Below, one piece after another: positions 23,365 to 31,920 of a DNA stretch of 38,839 nt. The DNA is taken from the UHGV virus genome UHGV-1367571; one strand, 5' to 3'. A program made the position numbers and the translations under genes. Position 1 is the stretch's first letter. Every line of letters begins with the position of its first letter. This DNA is from a virus. The notes beneath the pieces were generated by a model. It made no database searches. It was not told where the DNA came from and was given only the letters and a program-made list of their open reading frames with translations.

Positions 23365-26300
23365 ATGGCAAATACAACTAGTACAATTGGGATCCGAGTT
23401 GTGACAGACAGTACAGGAGCAATTAAAGGAATTGAGCAAGTCGGGGACAAGCTAGGAAAATTACCAAAGAGCGCAAATGAAGCAAGCGAGAGCATGAGCG
23501 AATTAGATAGAGCCGCTAAAATGGAACGAATGGCAGCCGTTTCTGATATAATGAATGGTGTTTCACAGAAGTTAATTGGTTTCGGTAAAACAGCGATCGA
23601 GGCTAGCGCTAAATGGACTGCTTTAGACTCACAGTGGGAGCAAACTTGGGGAAGTATGGAAGGCGAGGCAAATAAAGCTATCAATTCCATCGGTAAAGAA
23701 ACATCTATTTTACCTAACCGCCTTAAACCCGCTATGACCAGTATTGCAGCCTTTGCTAAAACAGCAGGGTTTGATACTGCAGGATCATTAGACTTAGCGA
23801 GTAGAGCAACAATGGCAGCCGCAGATAGTGCCGCTTTCTACGATAGATCATTAGAGGATACAACTGAATCATTAAAGAGTTATTTAAAAGGTAACTTTGA
23901 AAATGATGCCGCTTTAGGTATTTCATCAACGGAAACCACACGGAATGCAGCAGCGAATAAATTATATGGTAAATCATTTAAAGATCTGGCTGAGGATCAA
24001 AAGCAGTTAACATTATTACAAATGGTAGAGGACGGAAATAAGTTATCTGGTGCATTAGGACAAGCTGCCCGAGAAGGTGACGGACTAGAAAACGTTATGG
24101 GTAACCTACAACAAGCTCAGGAAGATTTTGCGAGAGCAGTTGGGGACGTTATTCAACCCCTTTTCATTGCTTTCTTGAAACAAGCGGCTAACGCAATTAA
24201 ATTTTTAACTGACGGTTTCAATTCATTACCTGAACCAATTAAACAATTTATCGTTTTAACTGGTGCTTTATTGGCAGGAGGAACAGCCTTAGCAGGTGCA
24301 TTCGTTGCTCTTAAAGGGGTATTGTTGGCGTTAGGTGTAGCAGGTATAAGTACCATCGGGGTTTTTGTAGCTATTGCGGCAGGTGTTGCCGCTGTTATTG
24401 TTGCATTTAAGAACTGGGATAAAATAGTAGAAAAATTACCTAAAGGGTTACAAGGATCTGTTAAAGCGATCACTGCATTAGTTAAGGCGTTCGGTTTACT
24501 AGTACAAGGTAAATATGGCGAGGAAGTAGCTAAATTGCATGATCAGTTTGTTAAAATGTTCCCGCAAGAATGGTGGGTTAAAATGACTAGGGTCGCAGGT
24601 CTTTTCACAGACTTTAAAACAGCTATTAAATCGGTAGTAACTATTAGCGCTCAACTTGCTCACGGTATAAATGATGTTAAAAAATATAGTGAGGCTTATC
24701 AAAACTTAGAGGAAATATTCGGGACTGAATTTGCTAGAAAAGTATTAGATGTAGCTAGCGCCTTTGCTGATTTCTTTAGAGGGAATGAAACTAGCGCAAG
24801 TGGTCTATCTAAGTTAGTGGATAAAATAGGGGCTGGAAACATTGCCTTCACTGGACTTAAGTTTGCTATTAGCGCTTTATTTGGTCCAATTGGTCTACTC
24901 GTGAATGCCTTTTTAACACTTGCTAAATTCTTAGGTGAAGGATCTGTTTTAGATGGTATTAAAAAGATCGCTGAGGGTTTCATGAACCTAACAACCTCGG
25001 TAGGTGAAGCAAGTACTAATGTGGGTCAAGGCGTTGGAAATATGTTACTTGGTATCATTACAGCAATTACTGAATTTATACCTTATCTAGCTGAGGGAGC
25101 AGGTAAGATCGTCCTAGGTTTAGTGCAAGGTATCACTGTAGCATTACCATATTTTATTGAAGCTATTAAAGGTCTTTTAAATGCTATCACTACAATTATA
25201 ATTGAGTTAGTACCAGTTATTGCAGAAGATGGAGGTAAGATTTTAACAGCGATCGCTGACGGTTTTATGACATTAATTCCAACATTTATCCAACAAGTAA
25301 CACGTTTAATCATTATGATGTTAGATGAGTTACAGAAAGCATTACCTCAGATTGCAGACAAGGCTACTCAGTTTGTGCAAACAATGTCGGTTACAATCGC
25401 TAACAACCTTCCTAAAATGATTGCTGCAGGAACTAATATTATTGTGGCATTCTTAAAAGGTATCAAGGACAATTTACCTAGAATTGCAAATGCTGCGATC
25501 GATGTAATTGTAACTTGGATCAATACTATTGGTAGTCGAATTAAGGAGATTGTAGATAGTGCTATTAACTTATTTATGAACTTTGTAAATGCTATCCTAA
25601 ACCGAATGGACGAGATTATAGATATTGCTATAGACATCGTTACAACATTGGTAAATGGACTAGCTAGAAATGCAGATAAATTAGTAGGATCGGCTATTAA
25701 CTTATTGGCTGCTTTAATTAATGGGATTGCCAACAACCTTTGGAGATTAGAGGCGCCAGTTAGAAACTTAGTTAGAGCTATTGTTAAGTTTATTGTAAAC
25801 ATGGCTGATAGTCTTTGGGAGGGAGCAGTTGCCTTACTAGAGGGATTAGCTAGAGGGATCCGTAACAACCGAGAACGAGTTAGAGGCGCCTTGTGGGAAG
25901 TAATTAACGAATTAGGACGGTTAGCCTTTGGCGATGTGTTATGGGGAAATGGTATAGCTCTTATCCGTGGTCTTTGGGACGGTATGTTAGCACAATGGCA
26001 ACATGTGAAAGAGTGGGTTGGTGGTATCGCTGACTGGATCGCAGACCATAAAGGACCCGTACCATACGATAAAACGGTATTGATTGAAAACGGTATGGCA
26101 TTAATGTACGGTTTAGATCAAGGTATGAGAAAAGGTTTTGAGAAGGTTCAAGATAGAGTTAGCGGCATGGCTCAACAATTGCAGGAAAACCTTGACGGAT
26201 CTTTAGAAAGCGATTTTAGTGTTACAGGCGCCTTTAACAGTGCAGTAACAAGCGATCTAAGACAAGCCAACGCAACTAGCGCAATTGGTAGCACTATCCA

Positions 26301-26424
26301 ACAAGCCCCTATTATGATCAACATCGAGGGTAATGTAGATAGTCAAGAAAGAATCAATCAAATCGCTCAACAGGTATCAGTAGCACAGTTACAACAATTC
26401 AATGTAAATAACCAATGGCAATAA
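23365..26424 (+). CDS. tape measure protein
   Basis: 1019 aa. Helical and TM-rich. Downstream of the chaperone frameshift. Confidence 0.9.
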   Translation: MANTTSTIGIRVVTDSTGAIKGIEQVGDKLGKLPKSANEASESMSELDRAAKMERMAAVSDIMNGVSQKLIGFGKTAIEASAKWTALDSQWEQTWGSMEGEANKAINSIGKETSILPNRLKPAMTSIAAFAKTAGFDTAGSLDLASRATMAAADSAAFYDRSLEDTTESLKSYLKGNFENDAALGISSTETTRNAAANKLYGKSFKDLAEDQKQLTLLQMVEDGNKLSGALGQAAREGDGLENVMGNLQQAQEDFARAVGDVIQPLFIAFLKQAANAIKFLTDGFNSLPEPIKQFIVLTGALLAGGTALAGAFVALKGVLLALGVAGISTIGVFVAIAAGVAAVIVAFKNWDKIVEKLPKGLQGSVKAITALVKAFGLLVQGKYGEEVAKLHDQFVKMFPQEWWVKMTRVAGLFTDFKTAIKSVVTISAQLAHGINDVKKYSEAYQNLEEIFGTEFARKVLDVASAFADFFRGNETSASGLSKLVDKIGAGNIAFTGLKFAISALFGPIGLLVNAFLTLAKFLGEGSVLDGIKKIAEGFMNLTTSVGEASTNVGQGVGNMLLGIITAITEFIPYLAEGAGKIVLGLVQGITVALPYFIEAIKGLLNAITTIIIELVPVIAEDGGKILTAIADGFMTLIPTFIQQVTRLIIMMLDELQKALPQIADKATQFVQTMSVTIANNLPKMIAAGTNIIVAFLKGIKDNLPRIANAAIDVIVTWINTIGSRIKEIVDSAINLFMNFVNAILNRMDEIIDIAIDIVTTLVNGLARNADKLVGSAINLLAALINGIANNLWRLEAPVRNLVRAIVKFIVNMADSLWEGAVALLEGLARGIRNNRERVRGALWEVINELGRLAFGDVLWGNGIALIRGLWDGMLAQWQHVKEWVGGIADWIADHKGPVPYDKTVLIENGMALMYGLDQGMRKGFEKVQDRVSGMAQQLQENLDGSLESDFSVTGAFNSAVTSDLRQANATSAIGSTIQQAPIMINIEGNVDSQERINQIAQQVSVAQLQQFNVNNQWQ

Positions 26425-26432
26425 GTTAAAAA

Positions 26433-26458
26433 AGGGGGTTGTAATATACTCCCTTTTT
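26433..26458 (+). terminator. terminator AGGGGGT-loop-ACTCCCT followed by T5, with TGcTATAAT directly downstream
   Basis: Hairpin plus T-run. Confidence 0.55.
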
Positions 26459-26496
26459 ATGCTATAATTAAGTTATCAAGAAAAGGAGGTTTTTCA

Positions 26497-27360
26497 ATGT
26501 TCAATTTATTTCAGGACGAACGCCCTAGAGTAATGGTTAACGATGTAGATTTAAGCATGTTCGATCTTTGTGTAATGGATAGGGTAGATATTCCAACCCC
26601 AGAACGTCAAACAGTTTACTCAGAAAATAAGTTCGATTATAGAGGGACTAAACGACATGAAGCAGGTTGGAAAGACATAGATATATCTGTAACACTCAAT
26701 TATTTAAACACTGATCCGAACAACAATACTACTTTCAGAAAAGAGTTTTATACGATCAGGACATTTTTATTAAAAGCAAAATCACTACGGTTCAATGATG
26801 ATTTACCAGTGGTGTATAAGGTGAAAGCTGTTAAAATCAATGAGGCAAAAAGTGAGATCCTAGAGCATGGTGTTTTCACAGCAATATTTACATGTGATCC
26901 TTTTCCTTATAAACGTGATGATAAAATAGAGTTTACTTTAGCGCCATCAAGTACCCCAGTAAGACTTATTAACGATGGGAATCACCGTAGTTTTCCAATT
27001 ATTAGAATGATCCCAGTATTGAAGAACGGTGAAACAACTTATCCAACTAGGGTAGTATGTAATATTCGTCCAGTTCCTAATACAGGTATTCCAACCTCAG
27101 AAAAGCAGTGGACTTTCATTATTACTGATTTTAATCCTACAGTTACTAGTACACCTATTTTTGTTATTGACTCAGAAAAAGGAGTTTATTATAAAACCAA
27201 TAATCTGAATACTATTATCAATCCATTATGGAAGGGTGTAGAGTTCGATGATTTTCCTTCATTAGAGGTTGGTGAGTATACTATTAATATGACAATTACA
27301 GGAATCGCAGCACCTAACTTTGAAATGAAATTCGAGATCGATCGGAGGTTAGTATATTAA
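26497..27360 (+). CDS. distal tail protein (Dit)
   Basis: Position after the tape measure. 287 aa. Confidence 0.65.
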   Translation: MFNLFQDERPRVMVNDVDLSMFDLCVMDRVDIPTPERQTVYSENKFDYRGTKRHEAGWKDIDISVTLNYLNTDPNNNTTFRKEFYTIRTFLLKAKSLRFNDDLPVVYKVKAVKINEAKSEILEHGVFTAIFTCDPFPYKRDDKIEFTLAPSSTPVRLINDGNHRSFPIIRMIPVLKNGETTYPTRVVCNIRPVPNTGIPTSEKQWTFIITDFNPTVTSTPIFVIDSEKGVYYKTNNLNTIINPLWKGVEFDDFPSLEVGEYTINMTITGIAAPNFEMKFEIDRRLVY

Positions 27361-28613
27361 TGGCAATGACAAGAAGATCTATACCAGTTTATGAATATGT
27401 AAACGACTTAGAAACCTCAGGAGAAAATACAAGTAAATATATTAATCGGCAGATTGGACTTATTAACAATATTATAAGCGCTAAAATAGTTCGCCAAAAC
27501 TTTGGGGATCCAGTTCCTACCGTGGTGTGTGAATTAAACGATAATAATATGGAAGTAGTCAAAACTAGCCGCCTAATGTATATGCAATCATTCGAGGGAG
27601 AAGTAGCATGGAAAACTAAATTTACAATTCTAAAAATCGATTATGATACCACTAATAAAACTATGACTATTGTAGGTGAAGTGGTACTTAATAATATGAG
27701 AAATAGAATCTGGTTAGTACCATTACCTGAGGATTACTTAGCAGGAACAACTACCAGTGTACCAAGACCTTACAGAAGTTTCGGACTTAGAAAGCATGAC
27801 GATGATCCGCCTTATTATGTGGTAGGTAATGTAATTGTACCGAATGCAGTCGATAGCGTTGGACGTTCTGTATATCGTTTCTCACCTGCGAATAAAAATG
27901 GATTAACTAGGATCGGTGGGTCTAAAGGGTCTATCTTAGATATTTTCGGGGGAGAGTTTGATAAAACACAATCAGAAAGTAATGTTTATCATTATAAAAA
28001 ATTAGGTCGTTATGATGAAACAAGGGTATTAAATGCTAGTTTGAACGCTAGTGGAATTAAGTACTCTATTGATGTTTCTGAGGTCGTTAATGGTGTAGTA
28101 CATTATATCGAATGGAAACCGACTGGATCAACACCAAGCGCCCCACCTAAACAGATCTTTATTAAGCCATATGAACCAGTGTACGATGTAGGTGAGGAGC
28201 ATTTACTTGTATCAAGGTTAGCAGATAAAGAGTACAGACATGGTCAAATGATCGCCGTTAACTGGGGAGAGCAAACAGACTTAGTAGGTGATCCTAACGA
28301 ATTGGGAGAGGCACAAATTAGAGCTAACATGATTAGACAAGCTAACATTTGGAACTCAGCTAACAAGTACAGATCTTTACCAGTTGAAACATTAACCTTT
28401 GATTTTAACTCAATCCGAAAAACGGAAGATTATGAATTATTTCAGTATCTATTAGAGTTGAGAATTGGGGACACTGTGAAAATAAATATCCCTGAGCTGC
28501 AAAAGGTTTTAGTTGGTCGTATTTCAGGTTATGTATATGACGTGTTAGCAGATACTTACGACAACATTACAATCGGTAGTTCAGTAAAATCAATTATTGA
28601 TAAAATTAATTAG
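27360..28613 (+). CDS. tail-associated protein (Tal/baseplate hub-like)
   Basis: Position. TAATG coupling to the Dit gene. Confidence 0.5.
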   Translation: MAMTRRSIPVYEYVNDLETSGENTSKYINRQIGLINNIISAKIVRQNFGDPVPTVVCELNDNNMEVVKTSRLMYMQSFEGEVAWKTKFTILKIDYDTTNKTMTIVGEVVLNNMRNRIWLVPLPEDYLAGTTTSVPRPYRSFGLRKHDDDPPYYVVGNVIVPNAVDSVGRSVYRFSPANKNGLTRIGGSKGSILDIFGGEFDKTQSESNVYHYKKLGRYDETRVLNASLNASGIKYSIDVSEVVNGVVHYIEWKPTGSTPSAPPKQIFIKPYEPVYDVGEEHLLVSRLADKEYRHGQMIAVNWGEQTDLVGDPNELGEAQIRANMIRQANIWNSANKYRSLPVETLTFDFNSIRKTEDYELFQYLLELRIGDTVKINIPELQKVLVGRISGYVYDVLADTYDNITIGSSVKSIIDKIN

Positions 28614-28624
28614 GGGGCTTATAT

Positions 28625-30184
28625 ATGGGAACAAGAACAATATCATTAGACTTTTTAAAACAAACAACTAGCATGAATGGGGCTGTCACTCGTAGGGGTG
28701 AATGGGGAGAAGAACTTAGAGTTATTCCCTATGAAAATGGTACCAGAATGGCAGTCAATGTTAATAATTCAAGTGCTTATTTAAAAGGGGTAACACCTGA
28801 CGGAAAATATTGTGAAATTAAGGGGCAAGTGACAGGGACATCTACTGATTCAGTTTTCAGATTTTTCCTTACTAAAGATTGGAATAGCGCAGCAGGTAAT
28901 TTTCAAGTTGCTTATGTAGAGTTTAAAAATGAACCTAATATTATCACAAGTACAGTAAACCTTGATTGGTATGTGTTAGATAATGCAACTATTACAGATA
29001 GCGATAGCGCTCACTATATCGATGAGTTACAGGAGTTAATTGATCGGTTACAACAACAAGCAAATGACTTCATGGATCGAATGGCTACGCAATTACAAAG
29101 TACTCAGGATAAATTAGATCAGTTGGATCAAGATACTAATACTAAAATTAATGAGATCAATCAACGATTAAATAATATTAATATCGAGATCGCAAATGCA
29201 CTGGAAGAGTTTCGGAATGGTGATTTTTATACTAAAACTGAGGCAGATAATCGCTTCATGAAAAAAGGTGAGGTACCCGATACGATCCAGAAATTTAAAC
29301 TAACCGCCGATGATGGTCAACCGCTACCTATTCCAAGTGGAGTAACTTCATTCGGTGATCTAGCGAAATACACTGGTTATTTTTATGTTCCACGTGCTAC
29401 AGCTATCACTTATACAGATCATGACTCACTACCAATTAACTTTAGGAACTCAGGACTATTTGTATATATGCCAGTTGGTCAACCTACTAACGCTTATCGC
29501 TATCAAGAAATTAGATTAAATAGCACTACTTTCGCTAGAGGGGCGTTTAGAAATACCAATGGAGTTAGTGCTACACCTTGGGTAGAGATAGCTAATGAAG
29601 CTAGTGTAACTCGGATCAATGATACTGTTTCAGACCAAGGGCGCAGGATCGCAACAAACGCTATGAATATCGGCACTAATACAAATAATATAACGACACT
29701 ACAACAACATGATAAAATTTTTGTATATAAAGAGGCAGGGTTACCTAACTATGGCGCAGGTTGGGACGGTGTAAATGCCCCTGAATGTCGCTTTGACTTT
29801 AAGAGAGTTGGTAACCGAGTAACACTTAATGCCAGAATGAATATAACTGACGTAACTAAGTTTTTACATGGTAGTACTAGAACAATGGATCAGATTTATA
29901 AATTACCAGTTGGGTTCAGACAAGAAGTAGACGCTCCATTTTTCAACACTGCAATCGCAACCCATCAATGGGCTTTTGCTACCAGTTCGGCAAGAAACTA
30001 CCAAGGCGTGGTGGAACAATCGGGGTATATTCGATGGACTACTAACCATACAGGAAACCACTATTTAACAGCAACTTATTTTACTGAGGATCCTTTTCCT
30101 GCAGAAGGGGCTTTAGGTAATGGTAAAGTTAAAATTATGACACAAAATGTAGACGGTTCTATAGAGTTCGGCGGTGATTGGTAA
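28625..30184 (+). CDS. receptor-binding protein or tail fiber with central coiled coil
   Basis: 519 aa. Coiled-coil region ELQELIDRLQQQ... Confidence 0.55.
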   Translation: MGTRTISLDFLKQTTSMNGAVTRRGEWGEELRVIPYENGTRMAVNVNNSSAYLKGVTPDGKYCEIKGQVTGTSTDSVFRFFLTKDWNSAAGNFQVAYVEFKNEPNIITSTVNLDWYVLDNATITDSDSAHYIDELQELIDRLQQQANDFMDRMATQLQSTQDKLDQLDQDTNTKINEINQRLNNINIEIANALEEFRNGDFYTKTEADNRFMKKGEVPDTIQKFKLTADDGQPLPIPSGVTSFGDLAKYTGYFYVPRATAITYTDHDSLPINFRNSGLFVYMPVGQPTNAYRYQEIRLNSTTFARGAFRNTNGVSATPWVEIANEASVTRINDTVSDQGRRIATNAMNIGTNTNNITTLQQHDKIFVYKEAGLPNYGAGWDGVNAPECRFDFKRVGNRVTLNARMNITDVTKFLHGSTRTMDQIYKLPVGFRQEVDAPFFNTAIATHQWAFATSSARNYQGVVEQSGYIRWTTNHTGNHYLTATYFTEDPFPAEGALGNGKVKIMTQNVDGSIEFGGDW

Positions 30185-30202
30185 TATATTAATAAACATC
30201 TA

Positions 30203-30228
30203 AGGGGCTTGTAATGAGTCCCTTTTTT
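30203..30228 (+). terminator. terminator AGGGGC-TTGTAATGA-GTCCCT followed by T6, with TGtGgTATAAT downstream
   Basis: Hairpin plus T-run. Confidence 0.55.
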
Positions 30229-30255
30229 GTGGTATAATATAAGTTATAAAGCGAG

Positions 30256-30609
30256 GTGTTTATTGTGTTAAATGAATTGTTAAACCTAAATTCGATAGTT
30301 AGCGAGTTGTTTGGCTTTACTGTCTTAGGTGGGGTTGTGGTTATATTTAAATATATAATCTCATTTATGAAACGGCTGAAAGAAAGTAACTTGGCAACGA
30401 AAGAGGCTGTTAAAAGTTTGCTGCATAACGCAATATATACGGAATGTAATGCTTATATTGATCGAGGCTATATTTATTCCGATGAGTTCAAAAACCTTCA
30501 CTACCTATATTCTTCTTATATCGCTTTAGGGGGCGGTGGTGCTTTGGTGGACTTATTCAATAAAGTAAAGGATCTCGATTGGAAAGGAGTAGAGAAACAT
30601 GAAAATTAA
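30256..30609 (+). CDS. one-TM holin-like or lysis accessory protein. The true start is probably the GTG at 30265, which has the RBS GCGAGGTG.
   Basis: TM segment FGFTVLGGVVVIF. Located in the lysis cassette. Confidence 0.45.
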   Translation: MFIVLNELLNLNSIVSELFGFTVLGGVVVIFKYIISFMKRLKESNLATKEAVKSLLHNAIYTECNAYIDRGYIYSDEFKNLHYLYSSYIALGGGGALVDLFNKVKDLDWKGVEKHEN

Positions 30610-30859
30610 TTGGAAAGTTAGATTTAAGAACCCTTTATTTATCGCTCAATTAGTTATGTCTGTATTGGTTCCTATCGTAGGTTATGCAGGAATTACTTTA
30701 GCAGACTTGACCAGTTGGGGAGCTTTAGGGACATTATTATTAAATGCTATTTCTAATCCATATGTAATTGGTTTAGTTACAATTAGTGTTTATAATGCTA
30801 TTATCGATCCAACTACCAAGGGTCAAAAAGACAGTACAAAAATTCTAAATAAAAAATAA
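30599..30859 (+). CDS. holin (phage_holin_1/phi LC3-like family)
   Basis: N-terminus MKINWKVRFKNPLF typical of this holin family. Two TM segments. Confidence 0.7.
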   Translation: MKINWKVRFKNPLFIAQLVMSVLVPIVGYAGITLADLTSWGALGTLLLNAISNPYVIGLVTISVYNAIIDPTTKGQKDSTKILNKK

Positions 30860-30864
30860 GAGGT

Positions 30865-31857
30865 GTGAAAATGAAATTTAAAACTTTATTAACTGGATTA
30901 GTGATCGCTGCAGGATCTTTTTTATTTGCTCAAAATGTAAGCGCTTACACTATTAACGATGAATTTAATTTAAGTCCATATGAAGGTAGCGGACAAGTGG
31001 CGTATCCTAACAAGATTATTCTGCATGAAACTGCTAACGATCGAGCAACAGGGCGCAATGAGGCAACATATATGAAACGTAACTGGTTTAATGCTCATAC
31101 AACGGCTATCGTAGGTGATGGCGGTATTGTATATAGAGTAGCGCCAGAAGGCAACGTTTCTTGGGGAGCAGGTTTAGCCAATCCATATAGTCCAGTTCAG
31201 ATCGAATTACAACACACAAACGACCCTGAATTATTCAAAAAGAATTACAAGGCATATATTGACTATACTCGGGACATGGGTAAAAAGTTCGGGATCCCTA
31301 TGAGCTTAGATAGTGGTGTTAGTCTTTGGGAAAAAGGGGTAGTGAGTCACGCTTGGGTATCTGCGAATGTGTGGGGCGATCATAGTGACCCCTACGGCTA
31401 TCTTGCTAAAATGGGTATCAGTCGCAATCAGTTAGCCCACGATCTCGCCAATGGTGTTTCTGGATCCAATGAACAACCTAAGCCAACACCTGAGAAACCT
31501 AAACCAGTGCAGCCTAACAAACCAAGTAACAAGAAACGCTTTAATTATCGTGTGGACGGTTTAGAGTATGTAAATGGTATGTGGCAGATCTACAACGAAC
31601 ACCTAGGAAAAGTAGATTTTAATTGGTCTGATAACGGTATTCCAGTCGAATTTGTAGATAAAGTAAACCCTGCTACTGGTCAACCTACTAAAGATCAAGT
31701 GTTAAAAGTAGGGGATTATTTCAACTTTCAAATTAACAGCGTGGGAGTGGTGAATAGTCAAACTCCTTACATGGGATATACTTTAAGCGCTACTCAATTA
31801 CCAACTGAATTTATCTGGTTGTTTACTGAAAGCAAAGACAAATTATTATATCAATAA
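30865..31857 (+). CDS. endolysin: N-acetylmuramoyl-L-alanine amidase (Amidase_2/PGRP-like) with N-terminal Sec signal peptide and C-terminal binding domain
   Basis: Signal peptide MKMKFKTLLTGLVIAAGSFLFAQNVSA. Amidase_2-like ILHETAN..AHTTAIVGDGGIVYRV..VSHAWVSA. Confidence 0.8.
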   Translation: MKMKFKTLLTGLVIAAGSFLFAQNVSAYTINDEFNLSPYEGSGQVAYPNKIILHETANDRATGRNEATYMKRNWFNAHTTAIVGDGGIVYRVAPEGNVSWGAGLANPYSPVQIELQHTNDPELFKKNYKAYIDYTRDMGKKFGIPMSLDSGVSLWEKGVVSHAWVSANVWGDHSDPYGYLAKMGISRNQLAHDLANGVSGSNEQPKPTPEKPKPVQPNKPSNKKRFNYRVDGLEYVNGMWQIYNEHLGKVDFNWSDNGIPVEFVDKVNPATGQPTKDQVLKVGDYFNFQINSVGVVNSQTPYMGYTLSATQLPTEFIWLFTESKDKLLYQ

Positions 31858-31862
31858 TAAAA

Positions 31863-31894
31863 AAAGAGTTAGAGGATTAATCTCCCCTAGCTCT
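31863..31894. terminator. bidirectional terminator between the convergent endolysin and DNA polymerase genes
   Basis: 13-bp stem with one mismatch, flanked by an A-run upstream and a T-rich stretch downstream. Confidence 0.55.
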
Positions 31895-31920
31895 TATTTA
31901 TTTACAAAACATTATAATCT

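Noticed and set aside
23346-25868. Seven minus-strand ORFs of 67-166 aa
   Set aside because: All antisense to the tape measure gene. Ala-, Leu- and Ile-rich mirror translations.
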